In this document: piece by piece, positions 58,382 to 64,000 of the stretch
Layout: every line of letters begins with the position of its first letter
Numbering within the stretch: the stretch's first letter is position 1
From: an uncultured Bacilli bacterium
Lineage (GTDB): Bacteria > Bacillota_I > Bacilli_A > RFN20 > CAG-449
Reading direction: 5' to 3'
Assembly: GCA_947629415.1 (NCBI GenBank)
Contig: CANRDP010000001.1
Span: 11,290 to 75,289, forward strand
Length of the DNA: 64,000 bases
The notes under the pieces: generated by a model
The model's database searches: none
What the model was told of the DNA's origin: nothing
What the model saw: only the letters and a program-made list of their open reading frames with translations
Translations under genes and position numbers: made by a program

Positions 58382-59420
58382 GGTAAAACGAACACCTGAA
58401 AAAGAAGAACAATTACGAAAAGAAAAACAATATCGAACGGAAAAGAAATTTGAATTTGAGCCTTTGGAAAAGAATACGGACAAAAAGATTCTGGTTTCCT
58501 GTCGGGATGTAAAAATAGGATTTTATAATCACAATCTTTTTACACCGATTGTAAAAAAATTGAATTTGGATATATACGAAGGCGAAGTTCTCGGATTGGT
58601 GGGTGAGTCCGGATCCGGAAAAACAACGATTGGACGTGCCATTATGCGAATGATTCCGATTCAAGGTGGAGTAATAACCTATAAAGGGGATCGAATTTCC
58701 GGACGTTTAAAACAGAATGAAAAAAGAGAATTAAAGAAAAAAGTTCAAATGATATTTCAAGATCCTTCCGCATGTTTGAATGATCGGAGTAATGTAGATT
58801 ATATTGTTTCCGAAGGATTAAGAGCTTTTCATCTTTACGATTCGGAAGAAGATCGTTTGGAAAAGGTTTCCACGGCAATTAAAGAAGTCGGATTAAGAAC
58901 CGAGCATCTTTCTCGTTATCCTCATGAATTTTCCGGAGGTCAACGGCAAAGAATCGGTATTGCTCGTGCGGTAATTATGAATCCGGAATTGATTATTGCG
59001 GATGAACCAATCAGTGCTTTGGATGTTTCCATTCGTGCTCAAGTATTGAATTTGATTCGTAAATTTCAGATTGAAAAGAAAATGACCGTTTTGTTTATTG
59101 CTCATGATTTATCCGTAGTTCATTATATTTCGGATCGTATTGCGGTGATTTATCATGGAAATATCGTGGAAATTGCACCGAGCAATCGTTTATTTGAAAA
59201 ACCTTTGCATCCTTATACAAAGGCTTTGCTTACGGCAATACCTATTCCTGATCCGAAAATGGAAAGAGAAAAGGAAATTGTAACTTATGATGAGAGCGTT
59301 CATGATTATTCCATAGAAAAACCGGAATTCGTGGAAATTGAAAAAGGACATTTTGTTCTTGGCTCTCCAAGTGAAATTAAAAAATATAAGAAAATTTTAA
59401 AAGAAGATAAAAAGATGTGA
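58374..59420 (+). CDS. oppF: Oligopeptide ABC transporter ATP-binding protein
   Basis: Walker A GESGSGKTT and signature FSGGQRQR. The ATG overlaps the oppD stop (ATGATTAA). Confidence 0.85.
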   Translation: MIKVKRTPEKEEQLRKEKQYRTEKKFEFEPLEKNTDKKILVSCRDVKIGFYNHNLFTPIVKKLNLDIYEGEVLGLVGESGSGKTTIGRAIMRMIPIQGGVITYKGDRISGRLKQNEKRELKKKVQMIFQDPSACLNDRSNVDYIVSEGLRAFHLYDSEEDRLEKVSTAIKEVGLRTEHLSRYPHEFSGGQRQRIGIARAVIMNPELIIADEPISALDVSIRAQVLNLIRKFQIEKKMTVLFIAHDLSVVHYISDRIAVIYHGNIVEIAPSNRLFEKPLHPYTKALLTAIPIPDPKMEREKEIVTYDESVHDYSIEKPEFVEIEKGHFVLGSPSEIKKYKKILKEDKKM

Positions 59421-59438
59421 AAGCATCTTTTTATTTTG
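59411..59438 (+). terminator. Rho-independent terminator of the opp operon
   Basis: AAAGATG-tgaaag-CATCTTT followed by TTATTTT. Confidence 0.5.
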
Positions 59439-59523
59439 TCGAAATTCATCTGAAAAAGATAGTTTTTAAAAGAAATTGTTTTCATCTTCTTTTCTTTTTT
59501 CGTGTTACATAAAATGAAATAAC

Positions 59524-59751
59524 ATGAAAATGACGGAATTGAAAAAATATCAAGAGGCAAAAATTGTTTCGTTAAATTGCCCGCAATTTTTAAAATTAAG
59601 ATTGTTGGAACTCGGGTTTACACCGGATACAACCATTGTTCTTTTAAGAAAGGCATTATTTCATGGCCCGATTGAAATTTCCATTCGCGGTTCTATTTTG
59701 GCTTTACGGCAAAAAGAAGCGGAAAATATAGAGGTTGAACCATGTCTTTAA
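59524..59751 (+). CDS. feoA: Ferrous iron transport protein A
   Basis: 75-aa SH3-like FeoA directly upstream of feoB. Confidence 0.75.
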   Translation: MKMTELKKYQEAKIVSLNCPQFLKLRLLELGFTPDTTIVLLRKALFHGPIEISIRGSILALRQKEAENIEVEPCL

Positions 59752-61466
59752 TTGCCTTTGTCGGTAATCAGAATTCCGGGAAATCAACATTATTTAATCG
59801 ATTATTTCATCAAAATGCGCATACCGGGAATTATCCCGGAGTAACAATAGATGTGAAAGAAATCGAAGAAAACGGAAATACCTATATCGATTTACCGGGA
59901 ATATATTCTTTGACTCCTTTTTCCGGAGAAGAAAAAATTACTTGTTCTTTTTTGAAAGAAAAACCCTTGGATTGTATTTTAAATATTATCGATGCTTCTT
60001 CACCGATAAGAGGATTGCATTTGACTTTACAATTGAAAGAAAGAAATTTGCCGGTTTTTGTCGTGTTTAATATGGTGGATCGAATTTCAAAAGAAGAAAG
60101 AAGCCATTGGGAACAAATTTTAAAACAATGGGATATTCCTTATTGTTTTGTATCGGCAAAAACAAAAGAAAATATGGAAACTTTAAAAAAGAAAATGCTG
60201 GAAATTCCGCGAAAAGGAAAAATTCTTTCTTATTTTGATCAAGAATTTCAAAAATGTTCTCCCGAGCAACAAATCGAAAAAAGATATCGTTATATCGATT
60301 CTTTTATAAAGAAAAAAAACATCGGGGATTATCATTATGATCGAATCTTCTTACATCCCTTTTTTTCTTATATTATTTTTTTCTTGCTTTTCGGTCTTAT
60401 TTTTTATTTGACTTTTGGTTCTCTTGGCCCTTTTTTACAAGATCAATTGAATTCTTTTATGGATTTTCTCGGAAGTAAAATTCAAAATGCTCTTTTGCAG
60501 CTTCATACTTCCGAATCGCTTGTTCTTTTCATAACCGATGGAATATGGAAAGGAGTAACCAGTGTTTTTTCGTTTTTTCCTTTTGTCTTTTTCTTGTTCT
60601 TTTTTCTATCGCTTCTTGAAGATAGTGGATATTTGGCACGCATGACCTTTCTTATCGATCGTCCTATGGAGCTCATGGGTCTCAGTGGGCGATGTTTTAT
60701 GCCTTTATTGCTAGGATTCGGCTGCAGTGTTCCGGCCATTATGGCAACAAAAAACTTAGTGGAAGAAAAGGCAAGAAGAAAAACGATTCAATGGATTTTT
60801 TTTATTTCTTGCAGCGCTAAAATTGTTGTTTTCAGTTCTATTGTTCCACTTTTTTTTACTCCGGCTTGGTTTTATATTTTTCTTTTTTATCTTTTCAGTA
60901 TTTTTCTTGGAATACTTTTGATTCCAAGAAAAAATCAAAAAAAAGAACAGGAACTTTTTATTATGGAAATACCTTCTTATAAAATGCCTTTACCGATGAA
61001 TACTTTTCGCTATATAAAAACAAAAATGAAAGATTTCCTGTTAAAAGTATTTCTTTGGGTTTTTCTTTCTTCGGTAGTTTTTTATCTTTGCAAAAATATT
61101 TATCTCCCTTTTCATCCTTCGGTTTCTCTTTTACAATTTCTTTCGGAAGGATTAACTTTTCTTTTTGCACCTCTGGGATTAAACGACTGGAGAATTGTTT
61201 CTTCCTTGATAAGTGGTTTAACGGCAAAAGAAACGATTTTATCTTCATTAGAAATTTTAATCGGTTTAGAAAATATTCAAGATGTTTTTACTTTTCAAAG
61301 TGCTTGTTCTTTTTTGATATTTGTTTTGCTATATACGCCTTGTCTTTCTACTTGTTCTTTGGTATTAAAAGAAATACGACCAAAGAGAAAGGCCGTCTTT
61401 CTTTTACTTAAACAATTTGTTATTGCATGGACCATAAGTTTTCTTTTTTATCAGGTGATTCTATGA
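59742..61466 (+). CDS. feoB: Ferrous iron transport protein B
   Basis: N-terminal G-domain with G1 GNQNSGKST and G3/G4 motifs, followed by a polytopic membrane domain. Confidence 0.8.
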   Translation: MSLIAFVGNQNSGKSTLFNRLFHQNAHTGNYPGVTIDVKEIEENGNTYIDLPGIYSLTPFSGEEKITCSFLKEKPLDCILNIIDASSPIRGLHLTLQLKERNLPVFVVFNMVDRISKEERSHWEQILKQWDIPYCFVSAKTKENMETLKKKMLEIPRKGKILSYFDQEFQKCSPEQQIEKRYRYIDSFIKKKNIGDYHYDRIFLHPFFSYIIFFLLFGLIFYLTFGSLGPFLQDQLNSFMDFLGSKIQNALLQLHTSESLVLFITDGIWKGVTSVFSFFPFVFFLFFFLSLLEDSGYLARMTFLIDRPMELMGLSGRCFMPLLLGFGCSVPAIMATKNLVEEKARRKTIQWIFFISCSAKIVVFSSIVPLFFTPAWFYIFLFYLFSIFLGILLIPRKNQKKEQELFIMEIPSYKMPLPMNTFRYIKTKMKDFLLKVFLWVFLSSVVFYLCKNIYLPFHPSVSLLQFLSEGLTFLFAPLGLNDWRIVSSLISGLTAKETILSSLEILIGLENIQDVFTFQSACSFLIFVLLYTPCLSTCSLVLKEIRPKRKAVFLLLKQFVIAWTISFLFYQVIL

Positions 61467-61606
61467 TCGATATTTTTTTATGGGGAATTCTTTTTGCTTT
61501 TGTTGGGGTGGCATTATTTCATATTTTCTTTCGTAACACTTCATGTGCGATGTGTTTTTATAAGAAAAAATGTCAAAAAAAGCATACGGATGACAGAAAA
61601 GAATGA
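61463..61606 (+). CDS. FeoB-associated Cys-rich small membrane protein
   Basis: A 47-aa ORF (MIDIFLWGILFAFVGVALFHIFFRNTSCAMCFYKKKCQKKHTDDRKE) overlaps the feoB stop (ATGA). It is one TM helix plus CxxC...C and is absent from the ORF track because it is shorter than 60 aa. Confidence 0.45.
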   Translation: MIDIFLWGILFAFVGVALFHIFFRNTSCAMCFYKKKCQKKHTDDRKE

Positions 61607-61718
61607 AAAATGTTTTCAAGAGCCAACTGATTAAATATTAAAAAGTTGTTTCTTTTTTTATATTTGTTTGTTGCCGTTAGTGATGTCGTTGTGATATACT
61701 TTAAAAGAGGCAAAAAAA

Positions 61719-63518
61719 ATGAAACGAAATTTGATACTTATTTTCTTATATCTTATTGAAATAATCTTTGTTACTTTGTTCTTGATTCCGAGCAGTAAAG
61801 AAGCGATTTTGGGCCAGATGCCTGCACTTGAAACGGTTTGGAATGGATACAAAGATTTTATGATGAATTTTTTAAATTGGATTCATCTTCGTGATTTTTT
61901 AGTAGATTATTCTTCAAGAATTAATATAGGTATTGCCGCGATTCTTTTTAATCTTCTCTTTCTTATTGTTTATGAATTGATTGCATGGATTTGTGCTTTG
62001 ATTTATCAAAGAATTCATAAAAAAACATTGGAAAAAAATGGGTTGCAAAGTTATGCTTTGAGTGAAGAAGAAAAAGCAAAATTTGAATGGAAACTCTATG
62101 TAAAGAAATTTTCTTGGTTGGGACTTATCTCGTTCCTTATACCGCTTTTTTTCGTAACCCTTTTTATCTTTATCCGTTTTGATAAAGAATTATGCCTGCA
62201 AGATCCTTTACATGAAGGATTCTTTACCATATATCAATACCAGATTGCACCTTTCTTAGGTTCAATCGATGGTGGTATTCTTGTTTTTATCGAAAATACC
62301 ATGAACACTTATTATCAACTGATGAAGCAAGTCATCGATATTTTAGGTATGCAATGGGTGGAATATGCTATTGTTGCTGTCGGAATTATCTTTATTTTCT
62401 TGATTTGGTGGTTCTTCGTTTCTATTTTCAAAAGAATTTTCCGTTCACACAATGCGAAAAAAAGAGCCAAGAAAGCCAAAAGAAAATATATTGCCCGAAT
62501 GGAGCAGGAAGAATTAAAGGCTCGTAAAAATTCCGAGAAAAGAATTTCATCGAAAGCCGAAGAAATTTTGGGTGTAGAACAGGAAAATATCGCTTTGGAA
62601 GATGCTTCGATGATTGCCAATGTCGAATCCAGTGGAGGAGCATTGATTCATGTGAATGAAAAGGAAGCTTCTTATATTGATGATATTTCTACAGGTGTCG
62701 TGGATTTGGGTGTAGCGATTCAAGACGAAGAGCAAGAGCCTATTGCGGAAAGAATACCTATTTTTGTCGGTGATGAAGAAGTGGATATTCAATTGGAAAA
62801 TGAACAAGTCATCGAAGTCGTGGAAGAAGAAGAACAAGAAGATGTCGATGAAGAAGCTGATCCCTTCTTTGAAAGATATCGTCCGGAGAATATCGATACA
62901 TCTTATTTGGATGAATCTCTTTTGAATACGCAGATAGAAGTTTATGAAGAAGATGAAATGGAAGTTCAAGAGGATGATTTTATCGGAATTAAAGATTATG
63001 AAGAGAAAGAAACGACTTTGGAAAAAGAAGAAAAAATCGAAGTAGTTCCAGAAGAAAATAAAGAAGAAACGGCAATAGTTCTTCAAGAAGAAAAAGAACC
63101 TGTGGAAACTTCGGAAATTCCGGTTCCTGAAGAAAAAGAAGATGTTGCGGCAATAAAAGAAGAATTGGAAGAAGAAAAAGAAGAAGTTAAGGAAGAAACA
63201 ACGGTTGTGGTGGAAGAAAAACCTAAAGAAGTCAAAAAAATTGTGCCGATTGCAATTAAAAAGACCGAACCTCTTCCAACAAAAGAAGAGAAAGAAGAAG
63301 CACCGATCATCAAACCGATTCGTGTTTCTATGGAGAACAAGAAAAAGATTCGACCGCTTGGACCGATTACGATTAATCATAAATATAATGATAAGAATCG
63401 CTTTCAAAATGCGAAATCGAAATATCTTGATGTTATGATCTCGAAACAAGAAGAATTAAAGAAACGGGATGAAGAAAAAAAGAGACAAAAAATACGTCGC
63501 AGTAAGAATAAAGCATGA
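61719..63518 (+). CDS. Membrane protein with a long acidic E/K-rich low-complexity C-terminal region
   Basis: 599 aa: about 6 TM helices in the first 250 aa, then about 350 aa of EEKE/VEE repeats. Confidence 0.5.
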   Translation: MKRNLILIFLYLIEIIFVTLFLIPSSKEAILGQMPALETVWNGYKDFMMNFLNWIHLRDFLVDYSSRINIGIAAILFNLLFLIVYELIAWICALIYQRIHKKTLEKNGLQSYALSEEEKAKFEWKLYVKKFSWLGLISFLIPLFFVTLFIFIRFDKELCLQDPLHEGFFTIYQYQIAPFLGSIDGGILVFIENTMNTYYQLMKQVIDILGMQWVEYAIVAVGIIFIFLIWWFFVSIFKRIFRSHNAKKRAKKAKRKYIARMEQEELKARKNSEKRISSKAEEILGVEQENIALEDASMIANVESSGGALIHVNEKEASYIDDISTGVVDLGVAIQDEEQEPIAERIPIFVGDEEVDIQLENEQVIEVVEEEEQEDVDEEADPFFERYRPENIDTSYLDESLLNTQIEVYEEDEMEVQEDDFIGIKDYEEKETTLEKEEKIEVVPEENKEETAIVLQEEKEPVETSEIPVPEEKEDVAAIKEELEEEKEEVKEETTVVVEEKPKEVKKIVPIAIKKTEPLPTKEEKEEAPIIKPIRVSMENKKKIRPLGPITINHKYNDKNRFQNAKSKYLDVMISKQEELKKRDEEKKRQKIRRSKNKA

Positions 63519-64000
63519 TGTTTTGGAAAGATTTTTTTGAACAAGAAAAACAACGGGATTATTATAAAAAACTCCACGCTTTTGTCGAACAAGAATATAA
63601 AACGAAAACGATTTTTCCTCCGTATTCTTTAATTTTAAATGCTTTTCGATTAACGCCTTTTGAAAAAACCAAAGTGATTATCATCGGTCAGGATCCCTAT
63701 TATCGAAAAGGACAAGCCATGGGTTTATGCTTTTCTGTTCCTCCCGGGGTAGATGTTCCACCTTCTTTGGTAAATATTTTCAAAGAAATTGCCATGGAAT
63801 ATAAGGAAAATATTGTTCAGGATGGTGATCTTACCTATCTTGCGGAGCAAGGTGTATTGTTATTGAATGCCTCTTTGACGGTAGAAGAAGGAAAACCGAT
63901 GTCGCATTCTTCGATTGGTTACGATCAATTATTGAGTCATGTTCTTTACGAATTAAATAAAGATTCCCGACCAAAAGTATTTTTGCTATGGGGAGGATTT
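63515..64000 (+). CDS. ung: Uracil-DNA glycosylase, N-terminal part, truncated by the window end
   Basis: UDG family-1 motifs GQDPYY..GQAMGLCFSV and PPSLVN. The ATG overlaps the upstream stop (ATGA). Confidence 0.8.
   Translation, partial: MMFWKDFFEQEKQRDYYKKLHAFVEQEYKTKTIFPPYSLILNAFRLTPFEKTKVIIIGQDPYYRKGQAMGLCFSVPPGVDVPPSLVNIFKEIAMEYKENIVQDGDLTYLAEQGVLLLNASLTVEEGKPMSHSSIGYDQLLSHVLYELNKDSRPKVFLLWGGF

Noticed and set aside
62547-63449. 300-aa minus-strand ORF
   Set aside because: It is the antisense shadow of the GAA/AAA-rich acidic tail of the 61719-63518 gene. Its translation is F/R/N-rich nonsense with no start context.

Overview
The window is from a low-GC (about 35-38% GC) Gram-positive genome; Firmicutes or Erysipelotrichia-like is my guess. 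TGA is a stop codon, not Trp: the methyltransferase ends TGA overlapping the rpoB ATG, so a Mycoplasma-type code is excluded. It has three parts.

(1) 1-10.8 kb is a conserved core block: a nusG tail, rplK-rplA, rplJ-rplL, a ybxB-like SAM methyltransferase, rpoB and rpoC. Terminators and ribosomal-leader regions are recognisable, and a RimK-like ATP-grasp gene is convergent on rpoC.

(2) 11.8-43.9 kb is a large accessory carbohydrate-utilisation island. It starts with two SGNH esterase-like lipoproteins, the first catalytically dead, followed by a cytoplasmic GH105/GH88-type hydrolase. Four lipid-anchored right-handed beta-helix proteins (two GLUG-type, two Pectate_lyase_3-type) and a PL6-like lyase lipoprotein are present. 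Transport is by an LplABC/CUT1-type ABC system (a DUF624-like membrane protein, two permeases, a 691-aa lipoprotein binding protein), with two MsmK-type ATPases embedded among four unknown small membrane proteins. The cytoplasmic genes are two heparinase-II/III-like lyases, a KdgF-like cupin, a KduD-like short-chain dehydrogenase/reductase (SDR), an AlgL-like alpha/alpha-toroid protein, an IclR (KdgR-like) regulator and a cytoplasmic SGNH esterase. Three operon starts in this island carry the same bipartite motif immediately downstream of the -10: GTAAGTGnAAGCACTTAC, then 46-48 nt later GTTCGGATATA. I regard it as a novel operator or leader element.

(3) 44-64 kb holds a secreted protein with an FtsX-ATPase-FtsX ABC module, then tdk, secG, rnr, smpB (no ssrA in the window), two hypotheticals, oppABCDF with a 769-aa OppA, feoAB with a small FeoB-associated Cys-rich ORF, a membrane protein with a very acidic low-complexity tail, and the start of ung.

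No rRNA, tRNA, CRISPR array or transposase was recognised by eye. All family calls rest on motif-level reading of the translations only.
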